DNA of 32,000 bases from Geotalea uraniireducens Rf4 (GTDB taxonomy: Bacteria > Desulfobacterota > Desulfuromonadia > Geobacterales > Geobacteraceae): the NCBI RefSeq assembly GCF_000016745.1, contig NC_009483.1, forward strand, positions 2,130,001-2,162,000. The letters run 5' to 3'. Every line of letters begins with the position of its first letter. Within the stretch, counting starts at the first letter, position 1. Shown piece after piece: positions 8,923 to 17,778 of this stretch. Under the pieces are notes generated by a model. That model worked only from the letters and a program-made list of their open reading frames with translations. It did no database searches and was not told where the DNA came from. Both the position numbers and the translations under genes were made by a program.

Positions 8923-9105
8923 TTGTTTCCTTTGGGCTAATTCATGATTACAACTTACTACAGGTTAAATCACTCGGCAGATGAATGCAAGTGTCATCTG
9001 GAGAGAGGTAACGGGGCGTTTTTCGTTGACTTGCCCGGATAGGTGCATTAAAGAATATAGGCTACGGCATGAAGCCGAATCTTCCGCTTTTGCAGGTTAT
9101 CTATC

Positions 9106-10947
9106 ATGGGTTATCGGACTTTACAGGAATGTGTCAAGGACCTTGAGTCCACCGGGAAGCTCCTCCGCATCAATCTGGAGGTTGATCCGAATCTGGAAAT
9201 GGGCGCCATACAGCGGCGGGTTTACCAGGCGGAGGGACCGGCACTGCTCTTTACCAACGTGAAGGGGTGCCGTTTCCCCATGCTCGGCAACCTGTTCGGT
9301 ACCCTGGAGCGGACCAGGTACATATTCAGGGATACCCTGGATGATATCCGGCGCCTGGTGGAGATGAAGGTCAACCCCATGGCGCTCGTCAAAGATCCCT
9401 TCGGTTATGCGGGGACAGTTCCGGCGGCCCTTCATCTCCTGCCGAAGAAGGTTTCCGGCGGTCCCGTTCTTGCCAACAAAACCACCATCGACCAGTTGCC
9501 GCAGCTGAAGTCATGGCCCGACGACGGCGGGGCGTTCATCACCCTGCCGCAGGTCTACTCGGAGAGCGCGGCAACTCCCGGCTTGCGCCATGCCAACCTG
9601 GGGATGTACCGGGTGCAGCTTTCCGGCGGCCAATACCGGCAGAACGCCGAAATAGGCATCCACTACCAGATCCACCGGGGGATCGGCGTTCATCACGCCG
9701 AAGCCTTGGAGCGCGGCGTGCCGTTCCGAGTCAACATCTTCGTCGGCGGGCCGCCGTCCCTGACGGTGGCTGCGGTCATGCCGCTCCCGGAGGGGATGCC
9801 GGAGCTTTCCTTTGCCGGTCTGCTGGGAGGGCGCCGGATCGAGATGGTCTGCCGCCCCGGTGAGTTGCCGATGCCGGCACAGGCCGATTTCTGCATTACC
9901 GGAGTGATCGATTCGGACAAGACCCTGCCGGAAGGCCCGTTCGGCGACCATTTGGGCTATTACAGCCTCGTCCACGATTTTCCCGTGCTGCGGGTGGAAA
10001 ACGTCTATCACAGAAGCGACGCCATCTGGCCCTTTACCACGGTCGGCAGGCCGCCGCAGGAGGATACCTCCTTCGGCGCGTTCATCCATGAGCTGACCGG
10101 TCCGCTGATCCCAACGGTCGTTCCCGGGGTTCACGCGGTCCATGCGGTCGATGCTGCCGGAGTCCATCCGCTGCTGCTTGCGGTAGGGAGCGAGCGCTAC
10201 GTCCCCTACGCTCCGGAGCGGGAACCGCAGGAACTGCTGACCATCGCCAACGCCATCCTCGGCCAGGGTCAGCTCTCACTCGCCAAATACCTCCTCATTT
10301 GCGCTCAGGAGGACAACCCCTCCATCGACATTCACGATATCCCGGCGTTTTTGCGCCACATCCTGGAGCGCGTCGACTGGCGGCGCGACCTTCACTTCCA
10401 GACCCGTACCACCGTGGACACCCTCGATTATTCCGGGACCGGCCTGAACAAAGGCTCCAAGGTTGTGATTGCCGCCGCGGGTGAGAAGCGGCGCGACCTG
10501 GCAGTCGAGCTACCCGCCGGCTTCCGTCTCCCGGACGGATTCGGCGAACCGCGTATCTGCCTGTCGGGTATCCTGGCGGTGCGGGGTCCGAAATACGCAG
10601 CCGGACGGGAGTGTCCTGATCCGCACATGGAGGCTTTCTGTCGTTATTTTACCGACAACGATCCTTTCTCAGCCTTCCCGCTGATTGTCGTGGTCGATGA
10701 CAGCGAGTTTACGGCGAGGACCTTGAACAACTTTCTCTGGGTAACCTTTACCCGTTCGAATCCGTCTGCGGACATTTACGGCATCGGCGCCGTTACCGCC
10801 TGCAAGCATTGGGGGTGCAGCGGTCCGCTTGTCATCGATGCCCGCATTAAACCCCATCATGCGCCGCCGCTCATTGATGATCCGGCAATAGAAAAACGGG
10901 TCGATGCGCTTGGGGCTCCAGGCGGTCCGCTGTACGGGATCATCTGA
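9106..10947 (+). CDS. UbiD-family (prenylated-FMN dependent) decarboxylase.
   Basis: 613 aa. The N-terminus YRTLQECVKDLESTGKLLRINLEVDPNLEMGAIQRRVYQAEGPALLFTNVKGCRFPMLGNLFGT is characteristic of the UbiD family, as is the central GPFGDHLGYYS motif. Confidence 0.85.
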   Translation: MGYRTLQECVKDLESTGKLLRINLEVDPNLEMGAIQRRVYQAEGPALLFTNVKGCRFPMLGNLFGTLERTRYIFRDTLDDIRRLVEMKVNPMALVKDPFGYAGTVPAALHLLPKKVSGGPVLANKTTIDQLPQLKSWPDDGGAFITLPQVYSESAATPGLRHANLGMYRVQLSGGQYRQNAEIGIHYQIHRGIGVHHAEALERGVPFRVNIFVGGPPSLTVAAVMPLPEGMPELSFAGLLGGRRIEMVCRPGELPMPAQADFCITGVIDSDKTLPEGPFGDHLGYYSLVHDFPVLRVENVYHRSDAIWPFTTVGRPPQEDTSFGAFIHELTGPLIPTVVPGVHAVHAVDAAGVHPLLLAVGSERYVPYAPEREPQELLTIANAILGQGQLSLAKYLLICAQEDNPSIDIHDIPAFLRHILERVDWRRDLHFQTRTTVDTLDYSGTGLNKGSKVVIAAAGEKRRDLAVELPAGFRLPDGFGEPRICLSGILAVRGPKYAAGRECPDPHMEAFCRYFTDNDPFSAFPLIVVVDDSEFTARTLNNFLWVTFTRSNPSADIYGIGAVTACKHWGCSGPLVIDARIKPHHAPPLIDDPAIEKRVDALGAPGGPLYGII

Positions 10948-10985
10948 GGTTAAGCATCTTGGAAGCCTGAAAAGCGAGGTCGAAA

Positions 10986-12527
10986 ATGGCGGAAGAAACA
11001 CAAATTCCGAAGGTGTTTATCTCATATTCGCATGACAACCGCGACCACAAGAGATGGGTGGCTGAACTCGCCTCTGCACTAAGGTCTAATGGTGTGGAAG
11101 TCATCTTCGATCAATGGGATTTAGGCCCCGGTGACGATGTTCCAAAATTCATGGAGCAGTCCGTTCGTAGCGCAGACAGGGTGTTGATGATATGTACCGA
11201 GCAATATGTACATAAAGCTGACGACGGTAATGGTGGGGTGGGATATGAGGCGATGATCGTTACTGGAGAACTTGTTCGGGACTTGGGGACATCGAAATTC
11301 ATACCGGTCATCCACCAGCCACCCGGAAGTGATTTGCGTCCTGTCTCGGTCAGTACACGATTTTATGTCGATCTTGGGAACTCTGAGACATATGATGAAC
11401 AATTCGAGATCTTGTTGAGAGAACTGCACAAAATCCCTGCCTTAACAAAACCCCCTTTAGGGAAAAACCTGTTTGCGATCCTCCCCTCCGGCGAAGAATC
11501 TCCTGAATATCTGAATCAGGAGCCGACACAAGAGCCCCATAACTCCAAGATTGCAGAGGAAGTTTATAGTGCCGCGCTTTCCATAGCAAAGAGTGGAGAT
11601 TTTACTGCATGGAGACATTTGGCCAAAGACATTCGGCAATCTGCGATAGATTCTCTTTTGGAATGGAGAAGATTACACGAGCAAAAGCCACCCTCGAATG
11701 AAGAGCAGCTTGTAGCGCAAACACTGGAGGCGGCCAAATGCTATTCGCCGCTGGCAGCAATGGCCCTTGCCGGTGTCGAATCCGGTCGTTCAAAGTTTAA
11801 TAATCAAGTAGCGGTACTGGACGACATTTTGTTTCCGAAGGGATGGAGCCTGAATGGTTTTAAAGACGTTACTAACGTGCCGGAATCAATTGCATTCATT
11901 TACCAGGCCTTACATGGCGCAGCGGCAGTCATTACGGATCAACTTCCTCTTGCAATGAAGCTGGCAAAGACGCAAATGGATTTCCCTTTTTGGAACGAGC
12001 CAATCAGGCTTTGCGACAACACCGGAGTTATGGGATGGCCCAAGGCATTAGGGCAGAAGGTCACGCCGGTTTGGAATGCCCTATTAAGCCTGCCGGAGCA
12101 GTGGGCATGGCTCAATGAAATGTTTGGAGACGACTATAAGGCTGCAATCGGTGCCTATTATATGGCTCTCAGCCTCAATGAATATGCTGAATTGCTCGCA
12201 TCAGGTAATGCTAAAGTGTTCTTTAGCGGGACTCATAAAAGCCTAGATATTCCTTTATGGTTTCTCAGGCTTGAGGTAGATGATGTTCGCAGAGCGCTAC
12301 GCCTTCTAACGCAGGATGTTGATGCGGTAAAAAGCATCTGGAGGGTGCATGGTGTTGAAGATGATACAATCGTTCTGAACTGGGCGGATTGGGTAAAGAC
12401 CTGTACGGGATGGCTTGGAAATGTTTACGGATTTGGCTGTTTCTTTCATGCGAAGGGATATTTTGCCCTGCTGAATAACATATTACCTGAGAATCCACAC
12501 ATACAGCGTGGAGATCTTTTCGTCTAA
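10986..12527 (+). CDS. TIR (SEFIR-like) domain protein with an uncharacterised ~370-aa alpha-rich C-terminal region.
   Basis: 513 aa. The first ~130 aa read KVFISYSHDNRDHKRWVAELASALRSNGVEVIFDQWDLGPGDDVPKFMEQSVRSADRVLMICTEQYVHKADDGNGGVGYEAMIV...KFIPVIH. This is the bacterial TIR/SEFIR pattern, with E88 in GVGYE as a candidate catalytic Glu. I recognise no motif in residues ~140-513. GAGG RBS lies 7 nt upstream. GC is lower than in the flanking core genes. Confidence 0.75.
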   Translation: MAEETQIPKVFISYSHDNRDHKRWVAELASALRSNGVEVIFDQWDLGPGDDVPKFMEQSVRSADRVLMICTEQYVHKADDGNGGVGYEAMIVTGELVRDLGTSKFIPVIHQPPGSDLRPVSVSTRFYVDLGNSETYDEQFEILLRELHKIPALTKPPLGKNLFAILPSGEESPEYLNQEPTQEPHNSKIAEEVYSAALSIAKSGDFTAWRHLAKDIRQSAIDSLLEWRRLHEQKPPSNEEQLVAQTLEAAKCYSPLAAMALAGVESGRSKFNNQVAVLDDILFPKGWSLNGFKDVTNVPESIAFIYQALHGAAAVITDQLPLAMKLAKTQMDFPFWNEPIRLCDNTGVMGWPKALGQKVTPVWNALLSLPEQWAWLNEMFGDDYKAAIGAYYMALSLNEYAELLASGNAKVFFSGTHKSLDIPLWFLRLEVDDVRRALRLLTQDVDAVKSIWRVHGVEDDTIVLNWADWVKTCTGWLGNVYGFGCFFHAKGYFALLNNILPENPHIQRGDLFV

Positions 12528-12629
12528 AGCGAAAAGGACAAGGGGGCGCATTTCAACTCGATACTCTTGTACGTAGTTGAGACACTCCCCTATAGCTCTT
12601 GTAAATACTATAACAAAAGGAAACTAAAT

Positions 12630-14489
12630 ATGCCCAAACCATTGGTGGCCACGAGTGGTGTGAAAGTTACTGATGTTCGGATTGCAAATTTCAGATCTCT
12701 TATGGACATTGAAGTGAGTCTTGACAGTCTGACTGTTTTGATAGGAGCCAACAATGCGGGAAAGACGAGTTTCCTGGACGCGATCTATGCAGCTATCGGC
12801 GCTGGGCGCAAGCTGCTCGGACAGGATGACATAAGAGTCGCGCCTGAAGAGGCAATACCACCCAAAGATCGGAACGTTGTCATAGACATCAAGATAAGAC
12901 CAATTACCGATGACGGAAAGTTTGCCGACGAATTTCCGGAGGGCAGTTTCTGGACGTCTCTTTGGGGTTCTGGCATCACCCCTGCAGAAACAGATGATTC
13001 GCACGAGTTCATGGCATTTCGCACAATTTTGTCGTGGAGCTTTGCCAAAGGAGATTACGTCCTTGAACGTAAATTTCTAAAAGAGTGGCGGCCATATGCA
13101 GAGTGGCTGCCTACACCCATGCAGGAGAAGAGACTTCAGTCGTCCGACATAGAGCCCATAGCTCTCCATTACATTGACGCAAAACGAGATCTCGATGATG
13201 ACCTTCGCAAGCAAGGCTCTTTCTGGCGAAAGTTGACGGACGACTTAGGCCTATCCCCGGCGGACATAATCTTCTTAGAAGAAGCGCTGACTGGTATTAA
13301 CCAGCATATTGTTGATAAGAGTGAGATCCTTAAACATCTCAAGCACAATTTGGCAGACATGCAATCCGTAGTGGCTGCGGAAGGCGCTGGTATCGACATA
13401 TCGCCTGTGGCACGGCGGCTTCGCGATCTTTCCAAGGGGATTGATGTTAGCTTTTCAACGACTGCCGCCCAATCATTCCCGCTGACCCGCCATGGGATGG
13501 GTACACGTAGTCTTGCCTCCCTGCTGGTATTCAGAGCTTTCGCGTCATGGCGCAGTAGCCAAGCGCAAATGGAAGGGGATCAAATCCACACTTTTCTTGC
13601 GTTAGAAGAACCCGAATCGCATCTTCACCCGCAGGCGCAGCGTTCGTTATTTTCCCATATTAAGACAATCCCAGGACAGCGTATCGTTAGTACGCATTCT
13701 CCTTATTTTGCTGGTCAAGCGCAGTTAAGTGATTTGAGGTTGTTCTTAAAGCGGGGAGGTAACACCATTGTCACCCAACTGGATATCTCTCAGCTTGGGA
13801 CTAAAGAAGATTTACGAAAGCTTCAGCAGACCGTTGTTGACACCAGAGGTGACTTGTTGTTTTCGCGTGCAGTCATTTTCTTTGAAGGGCAAACTGAAGA
13901 ACAGGCCCTGCCGATATGGGCAGAAAAGTATTGGAACGCGAGTATCCACGAATTAGGGTTTAGCTTTGTCCGTGTTAATGGCACTGACTATTTTCCATTT
14001 ATATCGCTTGCTCAACACCTTGAGATACCTTGGTATGTGCTTGCTGATGGCGAGCCACGCCCTCTTGGCGAGCTAAATAAAGCCTTGAAAAAGATCGGAC
14101 AGGTGGTCGCTTCCGCTTGCCCCAATATCGTAGTGTTTCCCAATGGAAATAATTTTGAAAGTCAGTTTTTAGCTGAGGGTTACCTGCCTGAGATTGAAAA
14201 GGCGTTGAACGAGACACACAATTGCACAGATTTCTTGGGTGACTATATTAATGAATTGCAAGGGCAGAAGCGTAAAGGTGGGGAGATACGGGACTATACG
14301 GTTGGAGATGGTCGCAAGATTGCAGCGCTGGACGCGCTGAATGGTTTGAAGACATGCATGGCTAAACCGTTAGCCCATACGATTTCCAGTTTACCTGACG
14401 AAGCGAGACGATTTCCGAATCAAATTCGCAAACTTTTTGAAATTATCTCAAGTGAGCATGGATTGACCAAGGCAAAGGAGACGACATGA
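12630..14489 (+). CDS. gajA: OLD-family ATP-dependent endonuclease (ABC-type ATPase + Toprim), GajA-like.
   Basis: The ORF is open from 12567. The best start is ATG at 12630, with AAAGG upstream. Walker A: IGANNAGKTS. Walker B/D-loop: FLALEEPESHLHP. Toprim: AVIFFEGQTEEQALPIW and WYVLADGEPRP. The stop overlaps the helicase start (ATGA at 14486-14489). Confidence 0.85.
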   Translation: MPKPLVATSGVKVTDVRIANFRSLMDIEVSLDSLTVLIGANNAGKTSFLDAIYAAIGAGRKLLGQDDIRVAPEEAIPPKDRNVVIDIKIRPITDDGKFADEFPEGSFWTSLWGSGITPAETDDSHEFMAFRTILSWSFAKGDYVLERKFLKEWRPYAEWLPTPMQEKRLQSSDIEPIALHYIDAKRDLDDDLRKQGSFWRKLTDDLGLSPADIIFLEEALTGINQHIVDKSEILKHLKHNLADMQSVVAAEGAGIDISPVARRLRDLSKGIDVSFSTTAAQSFPLTRHGMGTRSLASLLVFRAFASWRSSQAQMEGDQIHTFLALEEPESHLHPQAQRSLFSHIKTIPGQRIVSTHSPYFAGQAQLSDLRLFLKRGGNTIVTQLDISQLGTKEDLRKLQQTVVDTRGDLLFSRAVIFFEGQTEEQALPIWAEKYWNASIHELGFSFVRVNGTDYFPFISLAQHLEIPWYVLADGEPRPLGELNKALKKIGQVVASACPNIVVFPNGNNFESQFLAEGYLPEIEKALNETHNCTDFLGDYINELQGQKRKGGEIRDYTVGDGRKIAALDALNGLKTCMAKPLAHTISSLPDEARRFPNQIRKLFEIISSEHGLTKAKETT

Positions 14490-16348
14490 CTAAGGCAAGA
14501 CTTTCTGCTCAGCAAGCCACTGTTGTTGAGCACGTAGAAGGTGCTTTACTTGTAATTGCTGGTCCCGGATCTGGTAAGACACGTGTGTTGACCGAAAGAA
14601 TCCGGCGTCTCTTGACGGTTATTCCCGGTCATTTTCGCGTGCTCGCACTTACGTTCACAAACAAAGCAGCTAACGAAATGAAGGAGCGACTTTCAGATCT
14701 CGGAGATGTGCGCCAACGTGCATTTGTTGGAACTTTGCACAGCTTCTGCCTGGATATGCTGACTGAACGTGGGAAACTCGTTGGTGTTACAAGCCTGCCG
14801 CATATTTTCGAACAGTTCAGTGACCGCAAAGAAATTTTGCACAAGGCTGTTCTGCAAGACCCTTTGCTTTCTGATGAGTTAGATAGAGCTGGCGATGCGA
14901 AAGCTCGTAACAAGAGGTTAGACGACTGGCTCCAAGGCATTTCATGGGTCAAGGCACACCCGATTACTTGCGAATTTCCGACTGATGATTTAGATAAGCG
15001 CGTTATCGAAACATATGATGCCGGTTTGCGTGCGTGCGATGCCTACGACTTTGACGACCTGCTCCTACTTGCTTACCGGCTATTAAGCAGTTATCCGAAA
15101 ATAGCCGATTTCTACAGGCGTCTGTATAAATTCGTGTGTATTGACGAGGCGCAGGATCTCAACGAGGCGCAATACGCAGTGCTGACAGCCTTGTGTGGAG
15201 AGGATTTCAAAAATGTCCTTATGGTGGGTGACCCCAAACAATCTATTTATGGATTCAATACGTCCAGTCCTGACTACATGTGGCGCTTCCGTGATGAATT
15301 CGGCGCTGGCGAAATAGAACTCACAGAAAACTTTCGCTCTTCGAGTGCTGTGGTCCAAGTTGCGCGTTCGTTGGAACCACATTACTTGGTTGAGGCCCAA
15401 CTTCCGATTCCTGGAGCAGTTTCAGTATTGGTCGGTATCGACGAGACCGACGAGGCCCATAAGGTAGTCGATGAAATCCAGCGACTGATTTCAAGTGGGC
15501 ACGAGGACATTGAAGGAAATGTCACGCCATCGAATTGTGCGATCTTGGGTCGGACGCGTTACGCCCTCATGGCAATCGAAACCGAGCTTAAAGAGAGAGG
15601 CATTTCTTACTACAAACGGTTGACAGCAAATCACGAGAATGAGTCCGCCACAGTCGATGAATTCCAACTCGCCCTGCGCGTATTGGCCAATCCACGAGAT
15701 CGACTCCATCTGACAGCGCTTGCCAAGAAATGGAAACTGTCGGAACCAAAGGGGCCAGCTCCAGCTAACGAACAAGAGGTGCGATTGATTTTTTCTGCAA
15801 TGGCCAATGTTGCCAAAGAAGGAAGAGCTAGCGCCATAGTTGATGCAATCGATGCTGTCGCTCGGCAAACCCAACGTCTCGACCTGATGCTTGGCATCAA
15901 GAGCCTTCGGGCTTTTGCTGATAGCCTGCCTGAGGTGGAACGGCTGGTGATCTATGAAGACCTTGCCGTGTTACAGCAGGAGTGGGATCAATACCTACGC
16001 TCAGATGGAGCCGCCCGTACCATCGCTGGCTTCATGAGCAGTAAGGCTTTGGGGGCAACTCAACAAGCTTCGCGCGATGGTGTTGCACTCCTGACGGTGC
16101 ACTCTTCCAAGGGATTAGAGTTTGATGTCGTCTTTATCGCAGGAATGGCGGACGGCGTTTTTCCCGACTATCGCGCACAAGGCAAAAAAAAGGAGATGGC
16201 TGAGGAGGCACGCAACGCTTTTGTCGCGGTTACGCGTTCCAAAAGATTACTTTATCTGTCCTTTCCAAAGCGCAGAATGATGCCTTGGGGGGATGAAAAG
16301 CGTCAGCAACCATCTTGCTATTTGAGACAAGCTGGGCTCGTCGAATAA
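14486..16348 (+). CDS. gajB: UvrD/PcrA/Rep-type SF1 helicase, GajB-like.
   Basis: 620 aa carrying the SF1 helicase motifs. Motif I: AGPGSGKT. Ia: TFTNKAANEM. II: CIDEAQDLN. III: GDPKQSIYGF. IV region: ENFRSS. V: TVHSSKGLEFDVVFI. VI: VAVTRSKRLLYLS. Confidence 0.9.
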   Translation: MTKARLSAQQATVVEHVEGALLVIAGPGSGKTRVLTERIRRLLTVIPGHFRVLALTFTNKAANEMKERLSDLGDVRQRAFVGTLHSFCLDMLTERGKLVGVTSLPHIFEQFSDRKEILHKAVLQDPLLSDELDRAGDAKARNKRLDDWLQGISWVKAHPITCEFPTDDLDKRVIETYDAGLRACDAYDFDDLLLLAYRLLSSYPKIADFYRRLYKFVCIDEAQDLNEAQYAVLTALCGEDFKNVLMVGDPKQSIYGFNTSSPDYMWRFRDEFGAGEIELTENFRSSSAVVQVARSLEPHYLVEAQLPIPGAVSVLVGIDETDEAHKVVDEIQRLISSGHEDIEGNVTPSNCAILGRTRYALMAIETELKERGISYYKRLTANHENESATVDEFQLALRVLANPRDRLHLTALAKKWKLSEPKGPAPANEQEVRLIFSAMANVAKEGRASAIVDAIDAVARQTQRLDLMLGIKSLRAFADSLPEVERLVIYEDLAVLQQEWDQYLRSDGAARTIAGFMSSKALGATQQASRDGVALLTVHSSKGLEFDVVFIAGMADGVFPDYRAQGKKKEMAEEARNAFVAVTRSKRLLYLSFPKRRMMPWGDEKRQQPSCYLRQAGLVE

Positions 16349-16411
16349 TTAAAAATGAAACGGGTAAGGGGGCAGCACTGGCCAGTGCGCATGTAAAACG
16401 GAAAAAACCGA

Positions 16412-16522
16412 ATGCCCAATAATTTCAAATATGACATATTCCTAAGCCACAGTTCAAAGGATATGGCTGTGGTTCTGGTCGAGGAACGTGTTAATGCGAT
16501 TTTGGAATCTACTTTATGCTGA
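16412..16522 (+). pseudogene. 36-codon N-terminal remnant of a second TIR-domain gene.
   Basis: Too short for the ORF track. It translates as MPNNFKYDIFLSHSSKDMAVVLVEERVNAILESTLC*. The FKYDIFLSHSSKD stretch is the typical TIR beta-A strand/BB-loop entry. The frame ends after 36 codons and no continuation is recognisable in any other frame. Confidence 0.5.
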
Positions 16523-16624
16523 TCTTGGGTTCCCCCCGGCATGAAGTCGCCCCTACACCTGGCCTACGCGAGTTCGCCCCGCGTCTCTTTGAAGTCATGT
16601 TGTGAATTTGAAAGGAAAGAATGA

Positions 16625-17152
16625 ATGGATAAACCATCAAAGGAATTGGCAGAAAATCTATATGATGCGATAGATTATTTAACTCAATATTTACCTGATT
16701 TTATTTATCCATACATAATCGACGCAAAGCGAATTTTGGCAATTCTCATAATTATTTGTATCTTTCTGACCCCTTTGAACTACATCTTCAATCTAAAGGT
16801 TACAAAAACAATCTGGCATCTGATAAAGACTTTTTTTCAGGGTGCAAAGAAAGAAGCTTTTTCCGAACCAACATACAGGGGTTGGTATACAAATCTATCG
16901 CCTCGAATACAAAAGGGCATGTTTTGTTTTCTATGTATTTACGCAGCCGTATCCTCTCTCTTCTTTTTTCTTTTCGGCTGGGTTTATTGGTACCCTGTAT
17001 TTGTGGTTCCCTACGCCAAGGTGAAATATGGCATCGTCAGCTATCTAATAGTTATGGGGTTCGGAAGTTTTTGTGTATTTGTAGGTGTGCTCTATATTGG
17101 GACAACACTTCAATACTACAAATTGATAAAAAAAGTAAAAGAAATGGCCTAA
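16625..17152 (+). CDS. Hypothetical polytopic membrane protein (3-4 predicted TM segments).
   Basis: 175 aa in the most AT-rich stretch of the window. Hydrophobic segments: ILAILIIICIFLTPLNYIF, GMFCFLCIYAAVSSLFFFLFGWVYWYPVFVV, IVSYLIVMGFGSFCVFVGVLYIG. I recognise no family motif. Confidence 0.55.
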   Translation: MDKPSKELAENLYDAIDYLTQYLPDFIYPYIIDAKRILAILIIICIFLTPLNYIFNLKVTKTIWHLIKTFFQGAKKEAFSEPTYRGWYTNLSPRIQKGMFCFLCIYAAVSSLFFFLFGWVYWYPVFVVPYAKVKYGIVSYLIVMGFGSFCVFVGVLYIGTTLQYYKLIKKVKEMA

Positions 17153-17307
17153 CCAGCGGGTGCAAAACTGACTCGATGCACTCGAGTGACCCCGGAGGGG
17201 TCAGCCCTTGACATAAGACATAGTGAAAAGGCGAGCTTCCAACCAGGAAGTTGAACCGGGCCGAAAACCCGCTCGATCAACTCCATTGGCCGTTAGGAGA
17301 ATTGAGA

Positions 17308-17402
17308 ATGGCAGAAGAGATCGAATACAAAGGAACCATAACTTTTGAAATTTTTGAATCTGCTCAGTATCTTTTTAACGGATATCGTTGGTTAATATTG
17401 TT
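17308..17402 (+). pseudogene. 5' fragment of a YcxB-like membrane protein gene disrupted by IS insertion.
   Basis: ATG at 17308 with GGAGA upstream. It translates as MAEEIEYKGTITFEIFESAQYLFNGYRWLILL. The frame runs into the IS4-like terminal repeat at 17403. Joining it to 20600 restores a 161-aa ORF in frame. Confidence 0.6.
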
Positions 17403-17456
17403 AACTCAACTTTCGCACTAGCGAGATTGACCGTAACTACTTGACAAATATATGGT

Positions 17457-17699
17457 TTAGCTGCATACCGGGGCCAAAAGTAGCATTCGCTCCCTGAAAG
17501 CTCTTGGTAGTGTTTCTATAAAGCGTTGTATCAGTTGTTGCACCTGCTCTTTGCACAATCCAATAATGCTGTTGAGTGATTCTTCCAGAAATGTGAGCAA
17601 CAGTGCCATTGCTTCTGTGAAGCCAATTCGTCTTATTTCATCGCATAGAGCGTGAAACAGGCTGCCAAGAGTTCGAGGATCAGCATTTTCCCGTTTCAC
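17457..17699 (-). pseudogene. Displaced C-terminal piece of the IS4-family transposase.
   Basis: An 80-codon ORF lies between the IS3 insertion and the IS4 right end, in a different frame from the 378-aa ORF. In this frame, starting just upstream of the listed GTG start, the sequence reads RYILLELVKRENADPRTLGSLFHALCDE... This looks like the usual post-YREK tail of IS4 transposases, judged from memory only. Confidence 0.4.
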
Positions 17700-17778
17700 C
17701 AGCTCAAGCAGAATGTAGCGGCACGGAATCTGTCAATGACTTTGAGACACTTACCTGTCGAATTTAGTGTAGCGAATT

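Noticed and set aside
9121-11001. Several minus- and plus-strand ORFs inside the UbiD gene (for example 9511-10167 minus, 9513-9863 plus).
   Set aside because: They are R/P/G-rich, without motifs, and lie entirely inside a gene with a clear family match.
12567-12629. The upstream extension of the OLD nuclease ORF (MYVVETLPYSSCKYYNKRKLN).
   Set aside because: It has no RBS. The ATG at 12630 has an AAAGG Shine-Dalgarno-like element, and from that start the protein leads straight into the conserved N-terminal strand before the Walker A motif.
16360-16390. The palindrome GCACTGGCCAGTGC after the helicase gene read as an intrinsic terminator.
   Set aside because: It gives only a 5-bp stem once a loop is allowed, and no U-tract follows on either strand. 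That is too weak to call.
16318-16542. A 74-aa minus-strand ORF downstream of the helicase.
   Set aside because: It is antisense to the TIR-remnant sequence, whose + strand translation carries a recognisable motif. It has no RBS or motif of its own.
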